Shown here in pieces: positions 49,953 through 60,522 of a stretch of DNA of 64,000 bases. Location: the IMG/VR virus record IMGVR_UViG_3300000976_000008, positions 271,223-335,222 of that record. One strand, given 5' to 3'. How positions within the stretch are numbered: position 1 is the first letter of the stretch; every line of letters starts with the position of its first letter. Source of the stretch: a virus (taxonomy: Duplodnaviria > Heunggongvirae > Uroviricota > Caudoviricetes). The position numbers were made by a program, and so were the translations under genes. Below the pieces are notes generated by a model that saw nothing but the letters and a program-made list of their open reading frames with translations, had not been told where the DNA came from and ran no database searches.

Positions 49953-50728
49953 TGCTTCAGTATACTTCGGAACATTATAATCACAATCCAAAACTGCACA
50001 TAATCACTATATATTTCGGGAATTCCGAAAGAAATGAGAAATGGTTAGAACTTCAAAAGAAGTTCATCAGAGAAAATACGACCATACCATATAGATTAAG
50101 CTTCTTTCTCGATCAATGTGATAAGAAATTATTCGATCATCTCGATGTCGTAGAAGTGAGTGTAACACCAGAAGCAAGAATGGAAAAAAGCCACTTAAAC
50201 AATCTAGAGAAAGCAGTAGCTCACTTCGACGCATCATGTGATTATTGTCTCATTCTAGATAGTGATTGCTTTCCAATTTCAGAAGGATGGCACGAACGAT
50301 TAGCCAACCAAATGAAAAGATTCAAATTTCAAATGGCTGCTCCAGTGAGAACAGAGAACTTGGATACCTTCCCGCATCCATGTGCTATGTTCATGACAAG
50401 GCAAGGCGTAAAGGATCTGAAATTAACTCTCGATGGTGGGAAGAATCTCTTAGATAAAAAAGTAGTAGATCCAACTTGCAAAAATAGGTGCTTCCCGTTG
50501 GTTCGAACTAACAGGATTAATTTGCATTATCTGGTTGCAGGTGTTTATTATGACATGTTCTACCATCATGGTGCGGGATCTAGAAACACCTACTTCAGAC
50601 TCTCTAATGCATTGGGTTATTATAAGCCCGATCAAAAAAGGTTAGTCGAAATCTACGAGAAATTCATAAAAAATCCGAAAAGATTCATTTCTAAATTGAT
50701 GACACCTATTGATATTGATGAATTATGA
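49952..50728 (+). CDS. GT-A glycosyltransferase
   Basis: LILDSDCFP DxD motif. Confidence 0.7.
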   Translation: MLQYTSEHYNHNPKLHIITIYFGNSERNEKWLELQKKFIRENTTIPYRLSFFLDQCDKKLFDHLDVVEVSVTPEARMEKSHLNNLEKAVAHFDASCDYCLILDSDCFPISEGWHERLANQMKRFKFQMAAPVRTENLDTFPHPCAMFMTRQGVKDLKLTLDGGKNLLDKKVVDPTCKNRCFPLVRTNRINLHYLVAGVYYDMFYHHGAGSRNTYFRLSNALGYYKPDQKRLVEIYEKFIKNPKRFISKLMTPIDIDEL

Positions 50729-51615
50729 GTCGTAAATCGCATGTGGAACAATGGCGTTCTTTGAGACGAAGAACTGTAGTTGTTAATGGCAAAGACATCC
50801 CTCTCGTTAAGAACTTAGAGATACATGCAGCACACAGTTGTAATCTAAGCTGTCTCTCTTGCTCACATTATAGCGATCAGAATCATAAGGGAATAATATC
50901 CCCTGAAACCGCAGAAGAATGGATGGAACCTTGGACTCACAGGTTGCGGACAGATAAATTGTCCATCCTTGGCGGAGAGCCGCTTATAAATAAAAGGCTT
51001 CCAGAATTTCTGAAGATTTGTAGGGGTCTTTGGCCTGATCCGAAGATAGTTCTGACCACGAACGGCTTCCTAGCTAAGACTTTTGGTGATGAATTACCAC
51101 GGGCTTTAGCGGCAACTGAGACCTTAGTGAATATTTCTATTCATCACAACGGTGAAGAGTATATGGAGAGATTCAACGAGCAAAAACACATCTTCAGGCG
51201 ATGGGAGGACACCTTTGGCATTACCGTGACCTATCGACAATCAGTGAACCCAACGGCAGGGATAAGTGAAGGATGGACGAGGAGATACAAAGGAAAAGGC
51301 ACGAGCTTTAGACCCTTCGAGGATAATAACCCAAGAAAATCTTGGGTCTACTGTGCCGCCAAAGGATGCATGCAAGTCTTTGAGGGGGAATTATGGAAGT
51401 GCCCAGCAATTGCTTATTTGAGGATGCAATGTGAGAAATATGGCGTCAGTGAGCATTGGGAACCATATCTGAAGTATAAAGGACTCGATATCAATTGTAG
51501 CGATGAAAAGCTGATAGAATGGTTGCGAAAAGAAGAAGAACCAATCTGCAAAATGTGCCCAGCAAAGCCAGCACCGCTACAATTGCCAAATCCTCTCAAA
51601 AGCGATCCTTCTTAA
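50725..51615 (+). CDS. radical SAM protein
   Basis: CNLSCLSC, LGGEPL, TTNG, C-terminal Cys cluster. Confidence 0.9.
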   Translation: MSRKSHVEQWRSLRRRTVVVNGKDIPLVKNLEIHAAHSCNLSCLSCSHYSDQNHKGIISPETAEEWMEPWTHRLRTDKLSILGGEPLINKRLPEFLKICRGLWPDPKIVLTTNGFLAKTFGDELPRALAATETLVNISIHHNGEEYMERFNEQKHIFRRWEDTFGITVTYRQSVNPTAGISEGWTRRYKGKGTSFRPFEDNNPRKSWVYCAAKGCMQVFEGELWKCPAIAYLRMQCEKYGVSEHWEPYLKYKGLDINCSDEKLIEWLRKEEEPICKMCPAKPAPLQLPNPLKSDPS

Positions 51616-52165
51616 TTTCGAATTCTTTTCTGCAATCAATATTCAAGAATTCAGATAGCCTCTTGGTAGAATTGTTGGCGAAAATGTTGATTGCCAGCAA
51701 TTTATTAGTGCCGCGAAAATAGCGATACACATCGTTCAAATGAGCTAGATGTCTCTCTTTTATTTCTTCTTTGCTCGTCCTGTTGCCATAAAGCATATGG
51801 TGCATTGTTTCATCGAAAGTATGTCTCTCAGCAGTATGTCCAAAAGCATTATTGTATACTCGATCCAAATGCCTTACAGCGGATTCAGACCATTCATCAA
51901 GCTGTCTCAAACTCAGGATGAATTTGCTACCTGGGTATAATACATCCAGATCTTTAAAATGCGGAACAGTAACTATATCAGCTATTCCATCACAACTCGA
52001 CAATGTCTTCCAATGCCGAGTATGGGTCAGAAGATCATCAAAGATGTAAGGGTCTCTTGGAGGATGAGGATAATGGATTATCTTATATCCACATTCTGAT
52101 ATACATGAAGCGATAGTTCTGGTACCGGTCCTATGAAACCCTATGACAAATATTTTCCCAACCAT
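51596..52165 (-). CDS. sulfotransferase-family protein
   Basis: KIFVIGFHRTGT...YPGSKFILSLR...W..S. Confidence 0.85.
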   Translation of the reverse strand: MVGKIFVIGFHRTGTRTIASCISECGYKIIHYPHPPRDPYIFDDLLTHTRHWKTLSSCDGIADIVTVPHFKDLDVLYPGSKFILSLRQLDEWSESAVRHLDRVYNNAFGHTAERHTFDETMHHMLYGNRTSKEEIKERHLAHLNDVYRYFRGTNKLLAINIFANNSTKRLSEFLNIDCRKEFEIKKDRF

Positions 52166-52852
52166 TGTGTCATCTTGTTTGATGATGGAAACATGAGAAA
52201 AGAAACTGAAACCTGTGTTAAATCAATACGGCAATTATGTGATTGTGCCATATTTCTATATTCAGATTACCAATTAGATGGAACAATTCATCAGAATATA
52301 GATTTCGAACGTTGGAAAAATAGGAGAATGACATATCGAGTAGAAGCTGCCGCAAAGCTCGAACTGAAAGAAAAATCAAAAGTCTTAGTCTGCGATGTGG
52401 ATACAATATTCAAGAAGAATCCATTCCACGTCTTCAAAGAAAACGATAATCTTGTGTATACTACAAGATATTATCGCTGCAGATACCCGGTAAATGCAGG
52501 AGTGTGGGGATTCGTCAAAAACAAGCAATCAGATGAAGCAAATTATTTCATAGTCAACGAATTGAACAATCCACAATGGGAAGAATTCAAAGAATTCACA
52601 GCTTCAATAGTTGATCGGAAACAAAGAGAAGACGCTGATTGGTATCTCCATCAAGATATTCTCTGTACAATACATGAATCAACAAGGCCACCAACAAAAG
52701 CCAAATTCAGAGATATCGGTTACAAGTACAATTTCTGCCCCCAAACAGGCCCAGGTAGTCCAGGTGATACACTAGATTCTTTCCTACAAAGAGTCTACGA
52801 GTCAGATCCAGCAATAATTCACTTCAAAGAATTTTCAGATGCTAGATTATAA
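52133..52852 (+). CDS. nucleotide-diphospho-sugar transferase (GT-A)
   Basis: VCDVDTI, VNAGV, QD, IIHF. Confidence 0.75.
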   Translation: MKPYDKYFPNHCVILFDDGNMRKETETCVKSIRQLCDCAIFLYSDYQLDGTIHQNIDFERWKNRRMTYRVEAAAKLELKEKSKVLVCDVDTIFKKNPFHVFKENDNLVYTTRYYRCRYPVNAGVWGFVKNKQSDEANYFIVNELNNPQWEEFKEFTASIVDRKQREDADWYLHQDILCTIHESTRPPTKAKFRDIGYKYNFCPQTGPGSPGDTLDSFLQRVYESDPAIIHFKEFSDARL

Positions 52853-54299
52853 AGAAAATCCATTGTGCAGATGGGTAATCGGACCAACACACAGTCGCGG
52901 ATTAGACATGTTGAGGTTATCAATCCAGCAAATGCACAAGTTATATCCACAATTCGATCTAGAAGTCTGCTTCAATCAAATACCAGGGCATATCATATGG
53001 GATAAAGTAGGAGATCTCCCAGTAACTTTCCACAAGCAAAAAGGAGATGAATTAGGAATCCAACCAACCCATAATAACGTGAAAAAAGGAGTCAATTGGA
53101 AACTCTATCCAGCACGTAGGAGGATACACACTCATGAGATAATCATGGATAACGACCTCATACTATTCAACAAAGTGCTAGAGATAGACAAGTTCCTGGA
53201 TTCAAATCGATCCATAATCCTACAAGCCTACAATAGAAATTACGGTCAATTCGATGATCACGTCAGACCAGATCTATCTGTGAACACTGGTATGTATGGG
53301 ATGCCGCCAAAATACAACTTTGGCAGTAAAATCAACGAACTACTTAAAAACAGGACTTGGCAAGATAGAGGAGATGAACAAGGCATCGTAGCAACATGTC
53401 TTCAAGATCTTGATCCTATAGTGGTCTCCTATAATGTGATAGCACCAATGGACAATTACGCTAAGTTCAGATACGCAAAAGGAGTACACTTTATACACGG
53501 AAATGCGGCAGAATTCCACAAAGCATGGAAGCAGCATCAAAGTCTAGGTATATTCGTCGTAGCCGATCCCGGAAGAGAAAAGCACATTGAAATACAATCA
53601 AAACATCTCGACCATGTCGCACCGGGAGTAAAAAGGTATCTCATTTGCGACAGCAAAAGCATGTCACACCCGAAATACGAAACACACGTGCTGAAAAGAC
53701 GTCAGCAGATATTCTCCTTCCAAGACGCAATCACTGCTGGATTTGATATGGTCGACAGACCAATAATTGTATATATGGATTGTGATAGATTGCCAGAAAC
53801 AGAATTCTTTATAAGAGCCAGACACATCGAAGACAAGCAATTATTTGCATGCAAAAGATTGTATGATATACCTAATGAAAGAGCGACTCAAAAACAATGG
53901 GAACCAGATTTTAGAATCAACGATGTCAGTCTCTCATTCACCAAGAATAAAAAGAACGTAATGTCAGGATGTGTCGCCATCAAAAAAGAAAGTTTCAAAT
54001 CTTTGAAATTAGACAGGTCATTTGTTGGATGCGGATTCGCTGATTACGATATAGCAATGACAGCACAGAAAGCAGGATTCAAAACCACATTAACAGATCT
54101 ATCAGAACTACATCTGGAACACGCAATAGGCTATCCAGACAAGTTATTCAAACTCTTAAACGCATGGGGTGGAATCAGATTCTGTAACAAATGGGGTATC
54201 GAAATAGGTCAAAATCTAAAGAGACTAAGTGCCGAAACTGGCTTCTCAATATCTCAATTATCTGATTACAACCTAGATTACTTGATTGACCAACCGTGA
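52839..54299 (+). CDS. two-domain glycosyltransferase
   Basis: MDND...NTG...DEQG; second GT2/GT7-like domain MDCD...FVGCGFADYD. Confidence 0.75.
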   Translation: MLDYKENPLCRWVIGPTHSRGLDMLRLSIQQMHKLYPQFDLEVCFNQIPGHIIWDKVGDLPVTFHKQKGDELGIQPTHNNVKKGVNWKLYPARRRIHTHEIIMDNDLILFNKVLEIDKFLDSNRSIILQAYNRNYGQFDDHVRPDLSVNTGMYGMPPKYNFGSKINELLKNRTWQDRGDEQGIVATCLQDLDPIVVSYNVIAPMDNYAKFRYAKGVHFIHGNAAEFHKAWKQHQSLGIFVVADPGREKHIEIQSKHLDHVAPGVKRYLICDSKSMSHPKYETHVLKRRQQIFSFQDAITAGFDMVDRPIIVYMDCDRLPETEFFIRARHIEDKQLFACKRLYDIPNERATQKQWEPDFRINDVSLSFTKNKKNVMSGCVAIKKESFKSLKLDRSFVGCGFADYDIAMTAQKAGFKTTLTDLSELHLEHAIGYPDKLFKLLNAWGGIRFCNKWGIEIGQNLKRLSAETGFSISQLSDYNLDYLIDQP

Positions 54300-55165
54300 A
54301 AATCGGAATAGTTTCATATGTGCACGGATGGTATGTTGATTATCTTCCTACTTTCATATATTCTGTGAAGAAGGCGTACCCACATTACACTATAAAAATC
54401 TTCTTGAGAGAACAACTACCGGATGGCCTGAGAGAAAAATGTAACGATGCCATCATTGTAGAAGATTACTTCAAAAACAGAGCGAAGCAAGAAGAACCAG
54501 GAAAGGTTCCCTACTATCTAAGATTTTTAATTCCATATGAACAATTAGAAGAATTCGATAGGGTATTCATTTGCGATATCGATCTACTAATGGTGAAAGA
54601 AGATCCCTCTCTTGATAAGCAACTTGATTCTATAATGCGGCAAACTGGGTTACCGTTTGCAAATTATCTCAGAAACAAAAAAGAGAGTTGGCCAGAAAGG
54701 TTCACTGGCTGGCATTATATTGATGTAAAAAGGTATTTTCACAAGACGAAACAAGCAATAAAATCAATAGATCCATCTTTCGATATAACACAGATACCTC
54801 ATTACTCCTATTATGATGGATTTGGCAACAAAAGGTACGGTCAAGAAGCTCTTCTCCACAAGATAATCATGGATTCATTTGATTTTGATCCAGAATCCGT
54901 AAGACAATCTATCCTCAATTTCCCTACCCATCACGGTCTACATCTTGGACCATTAAGAGGCCGCATCCACGAAAAATTTTACAGTGGAGATCCAGTAGCA
55001 ATTCAGCATTTTGGTTTGAATGCTAAATATTGGACACCCAAAAGTGTACTCGAAATTGCAAAAGATGAACAGTTGATCTCAATAATTGAGTCACTCCCCG
55101 ATGGGAATGCAAAAACTGTTCTAGTTAGGTTCATCAGTTATTTCAATGCTGACTTCAGACGGTGA
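54296..55165 (+). CDS. glycosyltransferase-like protein
   Basis: YLRFL...ICDID. Confidence 0.65.
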   Translation: MKIGIVSYVHGWYVDYLPTFIYSVKKAYPHYTIKIFLREQLPDGLREKCNDAIIVEDYFKNRAKQEEPGKVPYYLRFLIPYEQLEEFDRVFICDIDLLMVKEDPSLDKQLDSIMRQTGLPFANYLRNKKESWPERFTGWHYIDVKRYFHKTKQAIKSIDPSFDITQIPHYSYYDGFGNKRYGQEALLHKIIMDSFDFDPESVRQSILNFPTHHGLHLGPLRGRIHEKFYSGDPVAIQHFGLNAKYWTPKSVLEIAKDEQLISIIESLPDGNAKTVLVRFISYFNADFRR

Positions 55166-55907
55166 GGTTTTTCACAGTTTTTATGCTGGAAAGTTGCAAA
55201 AACTTCACTTTACGAGCATGAGATCTTATGTTGCGTTTGGACATGGCTTCAAATTTTGGACTTATGATCAGATTAAAGCACCATGTGGGATCGAAGTATG
55301 TGATGCTTCAGAAATAGTGCCAGTTGAACTATATGAACTCTGGATGGGTTTGAGCCATAGGAGAAAATTCCAAAATTTCTCAAATTACTTCAGATATCTT
55401 CTCATCGCCAAAAAAGGAGGATGGTGGGTAGATGTCGATTCAGTGTGTATCAAGAAGCATTGCTTCGAAGAAGATTATGTATTCAGCACTATTGACGCAC
55501 CAATTTGGCCGGAACTAAAAGGCATAGTAAAGAATGGAAATATTCCAAATGGAGTCTTCAAAGCACCAAAAAACGCACCATTCTTATTAGAACTAGTCGA
55601 TTCACTCGAACCAGATTTCTTGACCGGCACAAGCAACGATTTTGGCCAATGGGGTGCGATAGCTTTTTCAAAAAGCATCTACGGGAATAATGTCCAACAA
55701 TATCAAGAGAAAGGTGGCAGCACTTTTATACCTTTCTCACCGAGAGAATCCGTAAAAATGTTCATTCCAAATCAAGAATTACCGGATGCTCATGCTGTCC
55801 ACTTCTTTGAATCCTTTTATCCAAAAATCATTTCCGGAGAAGAGGAAGCAGGCGAGAACTCAATCTACAGCCAACTTATCAAGAAGTTCTGTCCAAAGAT
55901 AACATAA
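55146..55907 (+). CDS. GT32 (DxD) glycosyltransferase
   Basis: FSNYFRYLLI.KKGGWWVDVD. Confidence 0.85.
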   Translation: MLTSDGEVFHSFYAGKLQKLHFTSMRSYVAFGHGFKFWTYDQIKAPCGIEVCDASEIVPVELYELWMGLSHRRKFQNFSNYFRYLLIAKKGGWWVDVDSVCIKKHCFEEDYVFSTIDAPIWPELKGIVKNGNIPNGVFKAPKNAPFLLELVDSLEPDFLTGTSNDFGQWGAIAFSKSIYGNNVQQYQEKGGSTFIPFSPRESVKMFIPNQELPDAHAVHFFESFYPKIISGEEEAGENSIYSQLIKKFCPKIT

Positions 55908-57021
55908 CATAATCAGTAGACACATCGATAGTGCTACTTTTATAATCTGGCATCATATCTCTAAAGCACTTCTCCCACCATTGGTGACCATGGACAGTAC
56001 AATGAGCATTTTCGCCATTAGGCAAGATAGCTTTAGCTTTTCTGGTAGAGATACCTAAAAGTAATCGGTTTGATAAAAGTCTGAACCATTCGCTGACTAG
56101 TGGAAGTTCTTCTTCTGGAACATGTTCAAGAACATCAAAACTAACCAATGCATCAAATGGTCCATTGGGTATCTTATCTCCAAACGCAGGATCATAATTT
56201 GTTACCCCTGCTATTAATCCTTTCCCGCATCCAAAGTTAAGGATCGTATCCGAACTCCATCTATCTAGAACCTGTTGAAATTTGGGATGAACGATGGCAC
56301 GAGAACCGTATCCTTTTCTATCATAATGTAATTCTGAATACAACCCCGCATATTTTGGCAAAATCGTAGTTGGCATCAATATGCTGGATACTATAGACAA
56401 TAAATCTATCTTGCTAGATTTTTTAAGTGCTTTAGATATTGGTACTATTGGAATATTCTTCGTTTTTACAGCTCTTTCGAAGATTTCGTAGAAGATAAGC
56501 CAGACGAGTGGATCAGTTCTGATTGATTTAGCCATCCTTCTATAATGGTTGGTAATCGTGTCCGGTCTTTTTGGATGAACTGTAAATGTGGTTGGCCAAA
56601 GCTTCCTGAATTTGTATTCTTTAGATTTAGTGTACGCGGATTGACCTATTTGCCATCCTCTTATTATTGCTACTGCTATAGCTGCTTCCTTGTTGCTGTT
56701 GTCAGCAAAAGTGTCTAAAATGGAAATAAGCACTCTTTCAGATAATTGATACTTGAAGTACCAAAAGTCCGCCCGCAATTTTTCAACAAAGAGATCATAG
56801 TAATCGAAGTCTCTCCTTATGAGACAAATTGTCGAATACAATGCTTCGATTTTGCATTTAGATGAAGTTGCTTTTATAACGTCTTCATTCGAGACATGCC
56901 TAATGATGTGTCTACCATCTACTAGGACTGGTGTAGACATGTGCTCATTTGGACATTTTCCGTGTAATTCACAAAATTGTAGCTGTTGAGGCGAAGCTTT
57001 TGTGTCGGAAAATAATAGCAC
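55879..57021 (-). CDS. fusion protein with C-terminal class I methyltransferase
   Basis: ILNFGCGKG...YDPA...DVLEHVPE. Confidence 0.8.
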   Translation of the reverse strand: MLLFSDTKASPQQLQFCELHGKCPNEHMSTPVLVDGRHIIRHVSNEDVIKATSSKCKIEALYSTICLIRRDFDYYDLFVEKLRADFWYFKYQLSERVLISILDTFADNSNKEAAIAVAIIRGWQIGQSAYTKSKEYKFRKLWPTTFTVHPKRPDTITNHYRRMAKSIRTDPLVWLIFYEIFERAVKTKNIPIVPISKALKKSSKIDLLSIVSSILMPTTILPKYAGLYSELHYDRKGYGSRAIVHPKFQQVLDRWSSDTILNFGCGKGLIAGVTNYDPAFGDKIPNGPFDALVSFDVLEHVPEEELPLVSEWFRLLSNRLLLGISTRKAKAILPNGENAHCTVHGHQWWEKCFRDMMPDYKSSTIDVSTDYVMLSLDRTS

Positions 57022-57023
57022 TG

Positions 57024-57791
57024 TTATCTCTTATGGGCTACGATCACATCATAATTTGTGATGGCAATTGGTGATCTGTTCCATGATCCAAATTTGATAG
57101 GTTCACTGATCATGAATCTATTGTTTATCAGCAACTTCCTTATCTTTTGTTCAGAGAATGCAATATTGTAGAGGGGTTTGTCCCTGTAGTCATACCATTC
57201 AATGTCATCTCGATGCTCAAAAAAGAATGGTGGTGTCTCTCTACCTATCGGTTCCTTAGCGACTACAAGTGTGAAAAATATCCTACCTCCTCTCGGGAGA
57301 ATCCTAGCAAACTCTTCGATATATCTTTGGAACCATCTAAAATGTAGATGGTTAAAAACACCCACAGCATATATTGCGGTGAATTTGTTGAAAGAGAATG
57401 GCAGAACAACTTCATCTGGAGACACTTTCCCATTAGGATTCCAATCGGGATGAAAAATGTCTATATGTGAAAAATTACCACCAATATTATGACAATAATC
57501 GATGAATTTAGTGTTTACATCGAATCCGCTAAAATTCTTGCCAATATATTTCGCAAACGGTGTCGAAACACGACCAGTCCCGCAACCAACTTCAAGCACT
57601 CTATCAGATTTGTTTATTTGAAGTAAGTCGCGGATTTTCTGGAACAAAACAAGTCCCGTCTCTGAATAATAACCATTATGTGGGTTCAAACCACCTAAAG
57701 GAGTACCATCATCAACGAAATCATATCCTATTCTTCGAGACATAGCCTCTTTGAACGGATCTATTTGCGTCTGGTTCTGATCGTTTTCCAT
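57024..57791 (-). CDS. class I SAM-dependent methyltransferase
   Basis: VLEVGCGTGR...VFNHL...RILPRGG. Confidence 0.9.
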   Translation of the reverse strand: MENDQNQTQIDPFKEAMSRRIGYDFVDDGTPLGGLNPHNGYYSETGLVLFQKIRDLLQINKSDRVLEVGCGTGRVSTPFAKYIGKNFSGFDVNTKFIDYCHNIGGNFSHIDIFHPDWNPNGKVSPDEVVLPFSFNKFTAIYAVGVFNHLHFRWFQRYIEEFARILPRGGRIFFTLVVAKEPIGRETPPFFFEHRDDIEWYDYRDKPLYNIAFSEQKIRKLLINNRFMISEPIKFGSWNRSPIAITNYDVIVAHKR

Positions 57792-58159
57792 TCTCCTTGA
57801 ACCAATTCTTTCAACAGGACTGAACCAGAATGTGAACTAGTTTCCTGGTCGAATCGAAGGCTCATATCAGCAAATTTGCCCTCGATAATTTTCTGACCAG
57901 TGACGAAAACAGCACAATGGCGTTCGTTCTCATCTCTAATACTTGGGTCCAAGACAATGCTGCTGAGGCTATTCTTGACCACTTCTGATTCGACTTTACG
58001 CATAGCCGCAAGAAAATCATCTCTCTGAGCTTCATCTTCGAACGATAGTAACACAGTTTTCATATTCTTCTTCCGCAGGTTTCTATGACGTGCTATGAAT
58101 TCATAATCGGCTTTGCCGAGAGCGATTCTTGCTAAAAATAATCGGAATCTTCTAAGCAC
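57761..58159 (-). CDS. hypothetical protein
   Basis: ORF in gene run. Confidence 0.6.
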   Translation of the reverse strand: MLRRFRLFLARIALGKADYEFIARHRNLRKKNMKTVLLSFEDEAQRDDFLAAMRKVESEVVKNSLSSIVLDPSIRDENERHCAVFVTGQKIIEGKFADMSLRFDQETSSHSGSVLLKELVQGEWKTIRTRRK

Positions 58160-58224
58160 AATTTTCTCAAGCCAAATGATAGAGTATGTACTATAGAGAA
58201 ATTCAACCCAACTAGGAACTAATC

Positions 58225-58611
58225 ATGCGATCCCAAAAAATCGACAAGAATAAGAAACCAGCCGAAATTCCAAAACGAGAACTAGAGCCATTGCCACATG
58301 TGGATTTACCACCGGGAAGCGTTCTCAGGACCGTACACTTCGTTGAAGTTGGTGATATGCCACCAGGCAACGTCCAGTTTATGATGCGAGAACTAAATAA
58401 TACTTATAATCCTGCAGAACAAGGGGTTCATTTTATGATACCCGTTAGGCACGGTAAAATCGGGACTGATATTGTCTTCGAAGAAGAATTTATCAACGTC
58501 GTTGAAAGAGTTTGCGAAGTAGTTAATTCTGAAGGCGAGCCGATTGAGGATGCTAAGATCCAACTAACAGGCGGAGCCAAAGATGTCACAGTCGTCAGGA
58601 CAGTAGTATGA
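58225..58611 (+). CDS. hypothetical protein
   Basis: AGGA SD; VEVGDMPP. Confidence 0.7.
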   Translation: MRSQKIDKNKKPAEIPKRELEPLPHVDLPPGSVLRTVHFVEVGDMPPGNVQFMMRELNNTYNPAEQGVHFMIPVRHGKIGTDIVFEEEFINVVERVCEVVNSEGEPIEDAKIQLTGGAKDVTVVRTVV

Positions 58612-58922
58612 CCAGAAATATCGATATTGAAAATGGCATCGAAAAAGCCGCTGCAGCTCTTGAAGGTAGAAAGAATGCCGAAGCATCTACCAAATGGAGA
58701 GAACTAAAGCATAAACTCGATTCAATTCTCCTAACAACTAACGTTATGAAAACTAACGATATAAGGGAGAATTGTGCTAGTCTCGACGATATGAATATTG
58801 ATGAAAGATCCGCACATATCTCAGGATTGTGGGGTCCCATCTATCTTCAGAAATGCCAGCCGATCTTGTTTCAACTACGAACCCTAGAGCAACACATAGC
58901 AAAGCAGGAGCAAGATGAGTAG
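58608..58922 (+). CDS. hypothetical protein
   Basis: ATGA overlap. Confidence 0.65.
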   Translation: MTRNIDIENGIEKAAAALEGRKNAEASTKWRELKHKLDSILLTTNVMKTNDIRENCASLDDMNIDERSAHISGLWGPIYLQKCQPILFQLRTLEQHIAKQEQDE

Positions 58923-59026
58923 ATCAATAAAAGTCGATGAAGAAATCTCTAAAAAGATCAAGAAAGTCGCCGAATCCGGCAAAGCCGTATGGTTGCAACT
59001 TGATACTGGTGAGAAATTCTTAATAG

Positions 59027-59995
59027 TTAAGGTTGGCAGTTTGAAAGAACTGGCTGATACTTAGAACAATTAGCTAGGGCAATAGTTCTCATTACCACAC
59101 ATTGAGTTTGAGTAATTTGATAATTCTTCGCGACATTATCAAATTCTTGATCTAAGGTCGTTGAGCATTGAACTGGATCATCAGTTCCTAGTGTGACCTT
59201 GTTACCATTATTTAGCATAGTAACAACAGGATGATTATTGGCTTCTTCCCACACGCCAGTAAAATAATTACTACTGACGCCTAGATCAAACGTGATATCT
59301 TTATCACGAGCCATATCTAAATACTCTTGATGATAAGCCATTTTCAGACCATGTGCTATATTGGTCACATTGAGATCTATCATAGCTAGTAAGCCGTTTT
59401 GAGCACCTTGCGATTCAGCAACGTGTGCTCTAGTCATTTTCCCGGCTTTGTTCCATTTTTCGAAAATGGGCTTGTAGAATCTAGAATCGAAGTATGCTTC
59501 ATTTCCGACTAAGTCGATCCCTACCAGACAATCTGCTGTTGCAGGGTCTTCAATAAGGTCGGCGTATTGTCTCTGGCTGGCTTTTGGTGCCTCATATTTT
59601 AGAGATAACACTAAACCGACACCGCCTTTGAAGTGTCTTTCGAATGAATCTCGGATGAATTTGATTGCTTCAGTTTTATGCCAAGACAATGCATCCATAT
59701 ATTTATTGATTGAGAAATCTAACCAGCAGTAACCGACGCCCTCGGATTTTAAACCGTCACATACTGCTCTTACTGAAGTATCGATTAATTCTTCAGTCCA
59801 AGGAATATGATCAAGAATCCGGAATTTATCTAGAAAATTGTGGAATGTTCGAGGCTCATGCTTTTTAAAGGTCATCGCCGCAGAAACTTCTTCTTCTGTT
59901 TCAGCGAGGTGTTTTAGCCCTAATTCCTTAATAGTATCCCATACCCAATATACAGGAATTGAACCGCCTAGGTGGCGGTGTGTATCAATTTTCAT
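59027..59995 (-). CDS. add: adenosine/adenine deaminase family protein
   Basis: DTHRHLGGS, GIDLVGNE, AHVAE, IAHG, SSN, TDDP. Confidence 0.9.
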   Translation of the reverse strand: MKIDTHRHLGGSIPVYWVWDTIKELGLKHLAETEEEVSAAMTFKKHEPRTFHNFLDKFRILDHIPWTEELIDTSVRAVCDGLKSEGVGYCWLDFSINKYMDALSWHKTEAIKFIRDSFERHFKGGVGLVLSLKYEAPKASQRQYADLIEDPATADCLVGIDLVGNEAYFDSRFYKPIFEKWNKAGKMTRAHVAESQGAQNGLLAMIDLNVTNIAHGLKMAYHQEYLDMARDKDITFDLGVSSNYFTGVWEEANNHPVVTMLNNGNKVTLGTDDPVQCSTTLDQEFDNVAKNYQITQTQCVVMRTIALANCSKYQPVLSNCQP

Positions 59996-60000
59996 TCTAT

Positions 60001-60378
60001 CTATTTTTCTGTAGCTGAGAAGTCGTAGAACTCGTCAATCGTCGAGAGTGATACTCCTTTTTTGATCCCGTCACATAAGGAATACAATGGAGAGCCTTCA
60101 CTTGGCATATCACAGATATCGAGGACGATATCTACTGTGACCTCATCTATTGATTTATTAAGTTCGTAGCCTTTTTCATTTGATGCGAGAAGGTTAGCTT
60201 TCACCATCCGTGGTAAGATTTTTTGGATATAACTCTTAGAGGGTTCAATTCTGCCACCAGCGACGACTAATTTATAGATTTGGACCGAATCACACTTTTC
60301 ATCTTCTTCGGTATCATTGTTGTGGAGAGCACGGAGCACTTCGAGAGTGTATTCCATGCCTTTCATCTCTTTCAACAT
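60001..60378 (-). CDS. Rrf2-like winged-helix regulator
   Basis: SYIQKILPRMVKANLL.S..GYEL.K..DEVTV. Confidence 0.7.
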   Translation of the reverse strand: MLKEMKGMEYTLEVLRALHNNDTEEDEKCDSVQIYKLVVAGGRIEPSKSYIQKILPRMVKANLLASNEKGYELNKSIDEVTVDIVLDICDMPSEGSPLYSLCDGIKKGVSLSTIDEFYDFSATEK

Positions 60379-60394
60379 CTCTTCATTTCCTTAT

Positions 60395-60428
60395 GCGAAA
60401 AGCCGGACCTTAAGATCCGGCTTTTCGT
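60395..60428. terminator. hairpin / probable terminator
   Basis: GCGAAAAGCCGGA/TCCGGCTTTTCGT. Confidence 0.6.
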
Positions 60429-60522
60429 GGGGTTTCCTTTGTTTTCCCTTTAACTCTAGTGCCCTCGATCGACACTTAGCATTCTGAAAGAAGAATGCCT
60501 CTCCCGAGCCAAAGGAGAAACT

